DNA of 63,365 nucleotides, filler included, from Dugesia japonica (taxonomy: Eukaryota): assembly GCA_001938525.1 (NCBI GenBank). It is 5 parts of 5 records of this genome, joined end to end, with 100 filler letters (N's around TTAATTAATTAA, not from the genome) between each part and the next. Parts side by side here need not be neighbours in the genome. Positions count along the whole stretch, not along the records: positions 17,815 to 30,806 come from MQRL01584079.1; positions 30,907 to 39,267 come from MQRL01589721.1; positions 39,368 to 49,234 come from MQRL01620458.1; 2 more parts are not named here. The stretch is one strand, 5' to 3'. Position numbers and translations under genes: made by a program. The notes under the pieces are model-generated. The model had not been told where the DNA came from and did no database searches. It worked only from the letters and a program-made list of their open reading frames with translations. Within the stretch, counting starts at the first letter, position 1; every line of letters begins with the position of its first letter. Shown here one piece after another: positions 26,440-39,370 of the stretch.

Positions 26440-27263
26440 GTTGATCTTTCAGGTTTCTTCTCTTTTATAATATTTACTCATGCTTTTTTCTGAAAAATGC
26501 AGAAATGTAGCTTGATCCTAAACTTTTCCATGAAATATGATTATTTTCTTGTAAAGCGTTATGTTTCTATAGAAAGATTTTTAAGACTTCACTTTCTTTC
26601 TGTTTGAGATGTTCTATAATTTTTGTACGGATGGTTCGGCATGATTATTTTTTATATGTATCCTTACATAAAGAGCATGTTATTTTGTAAGCGATATTCT
26701 TTTATTGCATATATTTCTACTATAAAAAATGCATTTGGCTCCACAAAACGTCTGTCCTGGTTTCTGTGATTGGATACCGAAAGGTGCTTGCTTTTTAAAT
26801 ATAATTCTTGGGTTGTGTTTGAGTTTCGATTTTTTATTATATTTCCCACGATTACGCATTATTAAAAGGTAATTTAATTACTGTGTTTGTCTTTGGTTTG
26901 ATTTAATTAAATTTTGTATTCGAGGATAGATATTTAGATACAATTCTATTTGGATAACCATTATTTAGAAATTTATGTTTTAGCAACCTGTAGGAAGTCA
27001 ATCTCATCTCTTCATTTGAAGACAGTCTTTCAGCTCTTATTCTTTTACCCTTATGATGGTAGTGTCTGATGGTAGTATTACTACTTCACGGTAATATAAA
27101 TCCACTGTGAAATGGTTTCATATATAACTGGGTAATTTATAATTCACCAGGTTTCTTTTGGATTAATGTGTCCAGAAAAGGTATCTGAAAGTCGATTGAC
27201 TTTTCTAAAGTGAATTTGATCTTATCATCAATACTATTGGATAGTTCTAAAATATTTTCTAAA
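26440..27263 (-). mobile_element. Penelope-like element, second decayed copy
   Basis: Reverse complement aligns by eye with 3350-4150 (DKIKFTLEK, IPFLDTLI, YMKPFHSG, GIY-YIG remnant). Confidence 0.88.
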
Positions 27264-29070
27264 TGCATCAAAGGATTGATGAGTTTCTTGAGAATATTTT
27301 GCTATTACAGAAAATTCATAAATGATTACACAAAGAAAAGTAGATAACTAGAAAAACTGTGCAGTGTAAATAATAAGAAGTTAATATGGACAGAGAGCTG
27401 CGAACAATCATTCAGAAATATGAAAGAAGCGTTAACAAAGCCACCAATTATAGTGTTTCCGGATGTCAGAAGAGAATTCATACTGGATACGTATGTACGT
27501 TACAATACAATTAGTGCAGTATTATCACAAATTGATAACAATGAACAAGAAAGAGCGATAGTTTATGGATCACACGCAATAAATAACCACGAATTTGGAT
27601 ATTGTACAGCAAGAAAGGAACGTCTGGCAATAGTTTATTTTTGCAATCATTTTTGTCACTACTTATATGGGTGAAGATTCACTCTACGGACAGATCATAA
27701 GGCGATTACATTTATGCTAACTACGAATAAACTAATAACGACATAGTTTCAAAATGGATCAAATACCTATGTGGATTAGACATTGATTTACAGTATCGAA
27801 AAGGCAACAAACATGACAATGCGTGTAGTGCAGGGTGATACACAAAGATCCTATAGGGGGAAAATTGAAAACGATACGTTTGAATACAATAACGGAGATA
27901 TGAAAATAACAAAGAGATACTAAAGAGATACGAATAATACGGGAACAAATCAAAGATGGTAATGAAGAAAGATTGCAATAGATAGATGGTCAGATATTAA
28001 CACAAAAGGGAAAGATATCGATACTAACAGATAAAAAATAGGATATGATAAGAGAAATGTACCAGTTTCTAACACACGAAGGAACAGAAAAAGTGGCCAA
28101 ATTTATTAGGGAACTTTATGAAATGACTAGGTTGTAGGGAATTGTAAAGAAAATTGTGAACAGATGAGAAGCATGTCAGCGAGTGAATGTGGTAACAACT
28201 AAAACAAAAGAAAAAACTAAAAAATCTGAGTTGGCAAGGCCGCTTGAGAAAATATTTATAGATATAGCAGGACCATGGCCAGAAACTTTCCAAAAAAGAA
28301 ATATGTCGTGGCTATTATCAATCCGAATAGTAAATATATATCATTGACAGCAGCAGCAAAACAAGATGAAGAATTAATAACTCTTGTATTATCTTAACAC
28401 AAGTGTTAGAAACTGATGCGTTTCTCTTATCATATCTTATTTTTATCTGGATATTAAAAATAGGAGCTCCGAGATATATTCATACAGATAGTGGTGAGGT
28501 ATTTAAATCACAAAGAATGAAGAAATTGGCAGATAAGATGAATATTAAACTATGTTTCTCAATTCCCTATCACTATAATACAAATGGACAGGTAAAAAGA
28601 CAATTTCGGACTTTCAGAGACTAGATTGGGACATCACTAGCAGACTACAATGCAAAAAAGTGAGCAGAAATTCTATCCTTCGATTGAATTTGCGATGAAT
28701 GCGACAGTACAGAAAACAAAAGGTAAAAGCCCGGTAGAAACGGTGTTTGGTAGAATAATCAGCAGAGACAGGTCGTTTCCATCTAGAAAACTAGAGTCCA
28801 ACAGGTAGAAAATATACCGAAGGTTACGTACCCAACAAGGATAAGAGTCGTTATTGGAGATGCAATGCTTATAAAGGAGAAATCAAGAAATAGGGATCAA
28901 AATCTTTTCGTAGCTTCATTCTTAGTAGTAAAAAAGATACATGACCGTAGATATCTGATTCAAGATGATCCGGGTCGGACAATGGAAAAAAATGTTGAAA
29001 AGATCAGAAGATGTCTTAAAGAAGGGGGATGTGATGATGATATTTGAATTGTTTAATTTCAAATTTANNN
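27263..29070 (+). mobile_element. Ty3/Gypsy remnant (RT end, RNase H, integrase, PPT, start of 3' LTR)
   Basis: YYRKFI..WTESCEQSF..FILDT..ISAVLSQ..KERLAIVYFC.HF.HYLYG; GAPRYIHTDSG..F..PYH..TNGQVKR; polypurine tract AAAGAAGGGGGA (29018-29029) followed by TGTGATG. Confidence 0.92.
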
Positions 29071-30136
29071 NNNNNNNNNNNNNNNNNNNNNNNNNNNNNN
29101 NNNNNNNNNNNNNNNNNNNNNNNNNNNNNNNNNNNNNNNNNNNNNNNNNNNNNTTTGTTTGAATATTTAAACTTTTCTGATTCAGCTTTTCAATTTATAA
29201 AATTGCAAGTGATAAATTATTGATGATGACAGTGCTTTTCTTGCTAATAATGAGTATGAAAGCCTAATATCCACTAAAAATTTGAATCCCTCATCAGTAA
29301 GAGAAAGAATCAGGTTGAATACCCTTGATACAAAGAATTGCTTATTACATAATAACATAATTGTTATATGAGATTTGAGAAATCATCGGATTATCAACAT
29401 CAGAACTCGAATTCATTACAAGATTTATTAAAACAAAACTTTAAACATAAATTTCCTTTTTCCAAACAAATTTAAATAACGGAAAATACTAAATATTTAA
29501 ATTCTTAAATTTCATTAATATCTCATTTTAAAACACTAAAATAAACATATTTCATTCATTTAATTTTATATTTTATTCTATTTAAAATATATTTTGCTTT
29601 TTAATTTTTTTAATATTAAATTTTAAAACATTAAAAAACAATAATTCATTCATTTAATTTTATATTTTATTTTATTTAAAATTTTTTAAATTTTATTAAT
29701 TTTTTTTATAAAATATTTTCTTTTAACAAATTTAAATATACTTTTGACTTTAATAAATTCTTTTTTAAAAATACAAAAAAAATTTAAATATGTTTTCAAA
29801 AAAACGATCTTATAATAATAATCTATCGTTATCATAACCAGATGATATATTTTTTCCAAATTTTGCAAATTTTTTTAACAAATTGAATTTTTTTTCATTA
29901 TTTTTATTTTATTTTATAATTATTCATTTTTAAGATAAAGACTTAAGGGTTGAAATTATATACACTAAAAATGCGAACTCTAGATTTTTAAATAAATTTT
30001 CTTTTATCTTTAAATAATGTGTAAGTTATACACGAGATTTTATGTAATGTATAATTTATAATTAATTATTTTTAATAACTATATTAATTTTTAAATATAT
30101 TTTAATAAAAAAAATTTTCATTTTATTGTTATTTAG

Positions 30137-30806
30137 ATCAGAAACTTTATAGCCAGAAAAGATAGACTAATTTCAAAATTTCCAGTAGATTTACACAATG
30201 GTCATTTTTATCTGTTATATGATAATGTTATTCCGTATGCCATTACTCGAGATGATAAAGTAATGGCAACAATTTCTACTGTTGGAAAAGGTTGCGTTGC
30301 ATTTTTACATTCCCAAATACATCTTTTTCATGAATCCGGTGAACCACTAAAGGATTATACAGATCTAGCAGATTTATTTCAGCAAGTATTTAAATCACGG
30401 AAAGCAATTCCTCGAAAGTTAACTGTAGATTTTCTAAAAATATTGAAATCAAACTGGGAAACCAAAAATGATGTTTCTACGCCGGTAATATGGAAGACTG
30501 TTGAGGAAATAGGAAAACAGGGAATTGAAGTCTTACTAAACTTAATAAAAGCTGGATTAAGAATAATAATGGAAATAACTTTGTGGGAAAATCCGAAAAA
30601 TATTGTGGATAGTGAATTNCAAGTTNTATTTTTTGAATTAGGAATATGGCCATCAGTTGAGCAAGTACTTAGAAGCATAAATGTAACTAATACAGAAGAA
30701 ATCCTCACATTTCCCCTCGTTCATTTGATAGATTATGCTACAGTGAGTATATCAAATGCAATATCTGTTGCAGACACCATTAAAACTATTTTATTAAATG
30801 TACCAT
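30137..30806 (+). CDS. Large exon, probable continuation of the kringle gene; TCAF/FAM115-like N-terminal region
   Basis: TTTAG acceptor 30135-30136, phase 0 matching donor 20068; open for about 223 codons to the contig end; VIPYAITRDDKVMATISTVGKGCVAFLH and LLNLIKAGLRIIMEITLW resemble TCAF motifs. Exon is well supported, family call is tentative. Confidence 0.7.
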
Positions 30807-30906
30807 NNNNNNNNNNNNNNNNNNNNNNNNNNNNNNNNNNNNNNNNNNNNTTAATTAATTAANNNNNNNNNNNNNNNNNNNNNNNNNNNNNNNNNNNNNN
30901 NNNNNN
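30807..30906. other. Artificial contig-join spacer
   Basis: 44 N + TTAATTAATTAA + 44 N. Confidence 0.95.
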
Positions 30907-31969
30907 TAACAAACAATCAAAATTCTTTCATACTCGCACTTCGATTACTAACATTACCGAAGGCGGGGGGGAGGGGGGAGTCGATGCCAGTGCGCTCATA
31001 TCTATCTACTCATGGGCCAGATCCAACCGGCTGAAAAGTTGAAAAAATTCTATTTATGAAAGGTATGCAAAATTGTGTCAAAACATAAAAATCATTAATA
31101 TTCATTATTGGTAGTTGAATGATAAAAAATGAGGAAACGCGATTCGTCGAATATTTCAAAGAAACATACAGTTATCAGAGTAAATGGTTGTAAAGGTTTT
31201 ATAATAAATTTATATTGGCCAGTTATATTTTATTGTATTTTAACCAGGTGCCAAAATTTTTTAACCATCACTGTTTTGTGCATTTATTTTGTTGCTTGAT
31301 GGTCTCATCGACTGTGTTGTAATAATTTGGGTTGGAAAGGGTTAATTTTTTGAATTGATTTTAAAAATTTTATATATAATAAAAAATTACAAAAGATAAT
31401 AAAACTTTCAGAATTATTAATTAAACATGGTTATTAGAGATAACACTTACTTTAACTATCAATTTTAACTTCGTGTTACATATGGTATAATTACATTTTG
31501 TATAAGCTCTTCTTGCTTCTATTTTGAAGTGTTCACTTTTGAAGAAGCTGTCACTTTTTTGAATTTATTATTTTTGTCGCAATTAATAATTTTTATTAGT
31601 GCACTGTCAATAACCTTACGACTTTGATCTTTACTACTAGTCAATGTCAGGATGTTATCTAGATTTACCCTGCTTTTGTTGTATTTGAAATAACATAACC
31701 AATCGGATAGTAGGATCTTTTAAGTTCTTCAGAAATGATTTTACGACATTCCTTACAAGTTGCTGTATCATCTGCAATCTACATATCGATTATTTTACGA
31801 TAAGACAAACTAGTGACTACTTGCAGTGGTTTGAAAATTAGAATCAGGAATTTTTCAAGAGACCGATTCTTCATTGTCATCTTCAATGCCAAAATGTGAC
31901 TGCGCTTTAACTTTTAAATCCCACAAAACTGCTCCAATATCTCATCTTTTTACTAACAATATAGAATGT

Positions 31970-33531
31970 CAGGTGTAAAGTTACATCTAGTAGGACGTTC
32001 AACTATTAATTTCCTGCTTCGCTCTTCTTTTCTTGTATCTTCTCGGCCGTCCCTTCATAACACAAATTCGAACTGCCTTTGTAATTCAATCCCACCCAAT
32101 AATATCAGGGGTCACCGATCTGAATATAATAAATCTAACCTTCTCCAAAATATCTTCAATTATTACTTCTATTGTCACTCTGCTTATCGTCTCCAGTTTA
32201 CTATCATTAGCGCATCTGAGTTTTTCCTCTTAATTTTCAATCTCTGTCTTTCAACTTCTTTGCTATATTCCAACTCATCACGTTTATTCGGGCTCCTGTA
32301 TCTAAACGACACTCGAAAACCTGTCCAGCCATCTTTAGTGTGACGCTGGGTCTCCGCTGCTTTTTATCGTAGTGTATTATCGTCCCTGACACGTCTCCAA
32401 TTACTCCTATCGCATGGTCGTCTCTTTATTCCTCTGTCCTAAAGCTTTCTCTTTTCGAAAATTTATATACCTTCTCTGCCACTTCCTGATCCAATTCACC
32501 TCTCTCGTTCTCTTGGGGTATCCTAGTCACAGTACTTAGTTGATGGCTCTGACTATCTCCCCATTTAGCAGAGCCTGTCCATTTGGGTAGTCCACCAAGC
32601 TTGCCGTGTCTTCCTGGTCTTCTGCATTTATTCCGTTCATTCTATAATTTCCACCATGTGGTCTGTTTCGTTGTCTGTGGTCGTCCCGCTCCAAGTTGTT
32701 ACTGCTGCAAAATCTCTATGTCTGACAATCACCACGTAGTGTCCTTTCTTTCCACACTTTGCACACTTACTATTTGGATAAAATCTACGAATGTGCCCTG
32801 CCTTCACACATGTTAAACACTTTGGTATTTTTATGTTTGGGCATTTTTGGCTGATGTGTCCCATCTTGTGACACGACCAACATTCTATCTAGCTGATGTG
32901 ATTTTCTCTGGTAGTGTTCTTCGTAAATGTTTTCTTTTCTGTTCTATGTCTGGCCAGCTCCCGTATAGTTTCGTACTGCATTGATACGACAATTACTCTT
33001 CTTCTATATTCCATCCATATTTACCATAAACGTCTCGATTTCCTCTGGTGATGCTAATTTCTGTATTTCCACTTCCTTTTTCATTTCGTTATTGCCACTG
33101 CAATGTACCAACATTTTTGCGATCATTTGTTCTTCGGTTATTTGATTTTTGTATAATTTTTGCACTTTCCGTTTGACTACTTGAAAGTATGTCTGGATGC
33201 TCTTTGATACTCTTTTATATCGAAGCATCTCTTAATCGGCTACTATGTCTTTGGGCTTCCCAAATGCGATCGTCAATCGTGATTCGAATCCATCTTCCTG
33301 TGCTACCGATCTTTCGTAGTCGGCGATCAAATCCTCTTCGATCATTGCGTAAATCAACGCTTCACGCCCCTTTTTTGGCTTTTCCAGAATGTCAAAATAA
33401 CGTTGACATTGTTTAATGAAAACTTCCAAATCGTCTGTACGATTCAACATCTTTGACAGTAATCTTTTGGCCAGTGGGTCAACTGGCGTGGTTACCATGT
33501 TAACTTGATTAAAATCCGGGAAAAAATCCAT
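31970..33531 (-). mobile_element. Ty3/Gypsy gag(-protease) remnant with three zinc knuckles
   Basis: DLEVFIKQCQRYF gag N-terminus; CWSCHKMGHISQKC, CLTCVKAGHIRRF, CAKCGKKGHY knuckles; in-frame stops. Confidence 0.85.
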
Positions 33532-36041
33532 AAATTTATTAATTCAAAATTATAACTAATCTGAAAATCTGAATATTAAAACAACGATATTAAACATTAA
33601 TTTAATATCATTTATTTTAATTCTGATTTTCAATTTTAAATAATATTTCATAGGTATAATAGATAAACACAAGATACACGAAGACAAAGAGGTAGATAGT
33701 ACCCACTTGACTTATATCCTTTAAACATGGTTGTCTTTTTCACAACAAAAACTTCTAAGTAGGTATTTTTCAGGACTAATTCTAATTATATTTTCTTTGT
33801 TAAGATAAGTTCAATAACCTATTAGTTCTTTCGATTCGACAATCTCTTTTAGCATGACTAAAATTCTAACGCAATCATAATTCCATTCCTTTCATTTCCA
33901 TGATTTGGCCTATATGTTTTCTCCGCTTGTTATTTACAGCTTCATTTATCCCCTATTGTGAAACATTTACATACCTTCTGACAATATATATTTGATCTCT
34001 TTGAGGTTGTTGTGTCATTTATAATATTTCTATATGACATATTTTGACCTTAAATCTTATGATTTCATCATTTGAAAATAATTTTTCATCAAGTTTTTCT
34101 ACGTTTTTAAAATAAAACTCAATGATTTTACTACTTTAATAGATTTCAGAAATCTTTGATTCCACCCATCTTAAAATTAAAAGCCATTAAAATATGAACC
34201 TAAAATCCATCGGCTTTCTAAACAGTCTTAACATACGCTTTCAAGAGATCTTTGTCAACCATACATTAAACTGGCCTTTTTTGTTCTTTCTTATATTTAA
34301 TCCCTTATGCTACAATGTAATTTTGTAATGCTTGATCAATCTATCCAGGTTTACTTCTCGAATAAACAATTTTTCAGCAATTCATGTAATTGCATTTATG
34401 TTTAAATATGTAATGCCGATCATGAGTTGTCACGTAGAATTCACAACTTTATTTGTTTCCATTATTTTATTTTCTAAACTTTTGGTATTCTTTTAATTTC
34501 TATAATTTAAACAAGTTACTAAATTAAATATCAATAAAAAAAACAAAAGTTTTGATCAAAGTTTTTATTTTAAATGAAGTTACTAAAAATTTTTAATATA
34601 CATAATAATTCTTAAAAACTTCTTTTAATGATATTACTGATTTCGATAGTCTATTAACTCATTTAAATATGGTAATACTTTTTTATGTAAAAAATGAATA
34701 GTAGGTTTATATGATATTATCTATTGTGACAGTGACTTGGATGCTTTATCATACTTTAAGCATTTTAAATCATTACCACGAACTCTCCTTGAATTGTAGG
34801 AATTCTGGATAAGATTATAGTTAAAAAAGATAAAAGAGTAATTTGTTTTTCCTTCCGAATAAAGATGAGTTCTAAAAGATTATTGGAAAAAAATATCAGC
34901 ATGTCATTTGTAAAGAAGTTTCATACAACAATAAAAAATGCACGAATATCGATAACAATATCGATTTCTATAATCTTTTTATACTGGACTTTTAAATCAG
35001 GACCACCATTGATTAGTATTATCACGAAAAGTTCATTTATAACATCCAAAAGTTCTTTAAATCAGTGAATCCTAACAGGAAGTGTATGTATCTACAGGAA
35101 TGCAATATTGATCTCAACATTGAAATTATAGGTTTAATGAAAAATTCATTCTAAAAAGCAAATATGTACCTATGACCTTGAAAAAAAATTTGACTTTAAA
35201 TATTTTCCAAAATTTTACAAGATTTTAAAAGAAATTTTTTTATGTAATATGTTTCCGTTAAGTAATATGAGCGTTTGGTGCGCCCATATCTTCCTACTCT
35301 CACAAAAGATGAAATAGATGTTCTACCCTGTAAAAATTTAAACCTGAGGTTTTAAATATAATATTGCTTCATTTGTTGATCCGGTTGTTGATCTAGTTGT
35401 TCGTTTTTTGGATCTTATTGAGGAAATAGATGATGAGTTCATGCTAGAACCAAAGGAGAAGAAAAATGAAGAATTAGATGAAGGTATGATTTCTGAGAAA
35501 TTCAAAATTTTAAGCAAAAAGTAAGTGCTTTAAGAGATATTTGAAGAAATCTACATTGTTACAGTTAAAGCATTAAAATTAAAACATTAAGTAAAATTTT
35601 AAGATCATTCTAAGAAAGTAATTTATTTCTTTTTCTATCTCTATTTCCAAGATACAGTTTCTTTTTATTCAACTTAATGTTACACTTTCATAATTTTTTT
35701 TATAATTTAATCCAAAGTTTTTTTACATATTTTTCATAAAAATAATAGTCAATTTGAATTTAATCTATTTTCGTGTCACTAGGACACTTTTACTCGGCCA
35801 TATATTTTTAAAAATTAATTACATTAATTTTTTTGTAAAAACTATAATTGGCATGGAATTAACGGTCATTTACACTTTAAATTCAAACCTCCATAACTTC
35901 TGTGCACTCTGAAATTTTTTACAAATATTTTTTGTGCTATATTTCAAAATTCAATAAAAATTAAAAAAAAATTCTAAAAACTCAATAAACATTGTCAATT
36001 TTTAAAAAAAAATTAATGAAAGCTATTTCATAAAATATTTA

Positions 36042-36090
36042 TTTACTGCAATTAACTTCAACGGAATAACCGTCATCATCAGGCAATAAA
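36042..36090 (-). ncRNA. Second hammerhead motif, opposite strand, core variant
   Basis: Reverse complement reads ATTGC-CTGATGA-T-GACGG-TTATT-CCGTT-GAAG-TTAATT-GCAGT; GAAA changed to GAAG, probably inactive. Confidence 0.6.
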
Positions 36091-36397
36091 TGATTATTAA
36101 AAGAAACTATTTATAGTGATTATATAATTTTAATTATGCAATCTCAATACATAATCTTTAAAATAATTTTAAGAGCGATATTTTCTGATTTTAAAATTTT
36201 ATGCAGTGGATTTAATAATTATTGGGAGAGAGTGATGTGTGAAGCTTTGTTGATAAGGGCATTTAATTCTAAAATCGATGTTCAGTTGACGGATTTAATA
36301 TCGCTCTTAAAATTATTTGATTGATTATTTATTGAGATTGCAAATTTAAAATTATTATATCATTAAAACTTGATAAATAGTTTGTTTTAATAATCAT

Positions 36398-36446
36398 TAA
36401 TTGCCTGATGATGACGGTTGTTCCGTCGAAATTAATTGCAGTAAAT
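36398..36446 (+). ncRNA. Minimal type I hammerhead ribozyme motif
   Basis: ATTGC-CTGATGA-T-GACGG-TTGTT-CCGTC-GAAA-TTAA-TT-GCAGT: intact CUGAUGA and GAAA core, 5-bp stem II, stem I ATTGC/GCAGT, palindromic ATTAAT in place of stem III. Confidence 0.8.
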
Positions 36447-37599
36447 AAATTTTTTTAAAATATTCTTTACTTTTTAAAATTAATAAATTTGTTTAAATAT
36501 TCGAGAGATTTACAAACATGAAGACGTAGGAAATTATTGTTAATAAATAACACATAACTAATCTACCTGTTTTTTGTATGTCATATATAATTTACTATGG
36601 TTTCCAAATAACGCGGTACATATAATTACCTTTTTCGTAAATTAATACAGAAATTCTTATAACGTTTTACAAATTAACATATTATCTGTTAATATTTTCG
36701 TTAATATTTTTTAATATTTTACATCTTATAAATATTGGGAACAATTTAATGAAAACAAATTAATTATTGTTATTGTTTTATGTTAATTATGGAATAGTAA
36801 AACGCATATTTTTAATAAGCTTCAATTTAGTTTTGAATGAAAAATAATCAAATTTACCAATAGAATACGACATTTTGTGTTTATTGTGAAAATTACACTG
36901 TGTAATTATTAACTTCTTAAAAACTTTTAACCATTGATCTGTGAAAATAAAAAATTAAATATTTATATTACATTACGAAAATATACTAAGGCGTATATCA
37001 AAAAAGTTTCAAAAAAATGTTTCTTTTTAAAATTTTTATTAAAGTAACAAAAATCTTTTCATAAAAACGTTTTTTTCCCCAAATTTTCGATTTAATCTTC
37101 TTCAGGAGTTTATAATATATGATGAGTTTATGATACAATATATTTATGCAAAATAATAAAACTTGTTTAACAGCACAAGCAAGATCTTGCATATTCAACT
37201 GATTTCATATTTAGAAAATTAAAGTATCCATACTCGGATTGTTATTCATTGTTATTTAAAACCATGTATAAAATCAATGCATCATTAATTATATATTAAA
37301 AGAATTCTCATTGAAAATTATATGATAAAATTACAAATTTTAAAACCAGTCAGTTATCTAGCTGTTATTTTTAAACACAAGTTCATTTTAACCAATTATT
37401 ATTATTATTTTCTGAAATTGAGATATAATTGCTGAATATCATCAATCTGATTTCGTAAATCATCTTATCGAGATTGACTTTGTTTTATTTAAGTAATTTA
37501 AGTAAATATTTGATATTTAAATTAGATTAAAGACAAAATAATAATTTTTGAACAAATTACAACATTTTTTTTGTTTACTCTTTAACAATTAAATAAGTA

Positions 37600-38190
37600 C
37601 AGTTATCTCCCGGTTAAGTACTCATATTGTTTCAAATTGCGAAATGCGCACGATATTAGTCAAACTCCTGTTAGTTTGAGATTGATAAGGTTAATTACAC
37701 GTATTCTTTTTTTTGCATATATTTTTGGATAAATAGCATTATTTCGGAAATTGTAATAATAAACACCACAATTGACACCAAATGACGTTGATGACTGTCA
37801 AAATAATGATGAATATTTGCAAGAAGTTATGCAAGATGTGTATGATATTTTGGAAAATGTTCAAGTATCGAGTGAAAGTCGTCTGATGATTTTGATTTAG
37901 AATTTAGCACAAAATTATTACTGTGTTCAATTGTCTGGATTTGATCAGTTGTGAGTATAGAATATTAGTTCTTAAGCACAATAGTTCAAATTGCAGCTGA
38001 CATTGATTATAACGATTTAAGTTTGTTTAAAAACTTTCAAAAAAATTTTAAAAATTATCTTGGCAGATAAAAACAAAGCAGAAAGTCAAAAAAAAAATTT
38101 AATAAAATATTGATCTGTTTTTTTCCATTAAATATGAGTATTTATCCTAGATGTACCGATTTTTGTTCGTACTTAACTGAGAGATTAAGG
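37600..38190. mobile_element. pogo/Tigger-type non-autonomous element
   Basis: TA-flanked; CAGTTATCTCCCGGTTAAGTAC ... GTACTTAACTGAGAGATTAAGG imperfect TIRs. Confidence 0.6.
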
Positions 38191-38587
38191 TAAAAATATT
38201 GTAATATTTTAAGGAAATATTTTATTTATTTGAATATATTTAGTATTTCTGTTGCCCTGTTGTTTATTTGTATTGTCATATACTTATGAATCAGATGTAA
38301 TTATTTTGATTTTGATAAAATACAATCTTATACAAGTTTTTAATTATGGGTTAATTATATCCTTCCATGTTATTAATTTTTTGTTAGTTTTTTGAGCTTC
38401 AAAACACAAAACTTATTGTAGTGTTATTGTTTTTATTTTTGTTAAAAGTACATATATACATATGTGTGTAGAAATACATACACACATGTATTACTATAAT
38501 AAAAATATTTAGATAATATAAAATTTGATTAAAATATCGATGCAGAATTTAAAATAAATTAGAAAATTTAAAAATACTAAAAACTTG

Positions 38588-39065
38588 TCAACCGCCAGAA
38601 AATAAAAATTGAAAGTCCAAATTGAAACAATTTATTACCAAATTGGAACTGAATGTTAATTGAAACAATTTTTTCCAAATTAAAGTTGAACCATAACTGA
38701 AGTCAGTGTAAATTTTAAATTCTTTTATACTATTTTCATTAATAAAATTTGTTAAATATTGTTGATTATTAATATTTCTATTTAAGGGATAGCAAACTAA
38801 AATTAAAAGGTAATTAAAATTATCCAACACAACATATACCCCGGTTGTCCCAGCATTGAGACAGGAGATTCTACCGGGCTCAACAGAATCCCTCTAGTAA
38901 TTTAATATAAAATAATTAGCATACTAATAATAAAGAATAACTGTGATTATAAAGAATAACACTTATCAACCTTTTTAGTGCTGGTTCCTTGTTGATTCAC
39001 TCCGTTTTCGATACTCAAGAGTATTTCTGAATACGACAGTCTATTANTATGGCTTGTTAAATAGC
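38588..39065 (-). CDS. Possible 3' exons of an unidentified spliced gene
   Basis: Exon-like GC-richer blocks (~38970-39060, ~38842-38894) separated by short AT-rich GT..AG segments; reading frame ambiguous, no recognisable domain. Confidence 0.3.
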
Positions 39066-39267
39066 TTTTGTATAAAATAACAGCTATACTATACAAAAGT
39101 TATATAATAATAGCTATATAGCTTATAAATTGATGCCACAACAGATGGTGAACATAAGTAAATTGATTTTAATTCATCCTTTGGGTTTGCTTTTTTTATA
39201 GAAAGTGTCTAATATTGAGAATATCTCACGAGAACAGATAATTTTAATCAATTAATTGCTGTTCAAA

Positions 39268-39367
39268 NNNNNNNNNNNNNNNNNNNNNNNNNNNNNNNNN
39301 NNNNNNNNNNNTTAATTAATTAANNNNNNNNNNNNNNNNNNNNNNNNNNNNNNNNNNNNNNNNNNNN
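39268..39367. other. Artificial contig-join spacer
   Basis: 44 N + TTAATTAATTAA + 44 N. Confidence 0.95.
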
Positions 39368-39370
39368 TTA

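Larger units (their letters stand above)
36031..36458. mobile_element. Short Penelope-like element end with inverted pseudo-LTRs
   Basis: Arms ~36031-36182 and ~36297-36458 are imperfect reverse complements; spacer encodes DFKILCSGFNNYWERVMCEALLIRAFNSKIDVQ (GIY-YIG C-terminus, R..EAL.I....P.IN pattern). Confidence 0.82.

Noticed and set aside
29530-29690. ~95-bp AT-rich tandem duplication (also 21-bp x3 at 44380-44440)
   Set aside because: Ordinary local slippage or duplication with no further structure.
31966-32816. Plus-strand ORFs of 66-125 aa
   Set aside because: Antisense shadows of the minus-strand Gypsy gag remnant.
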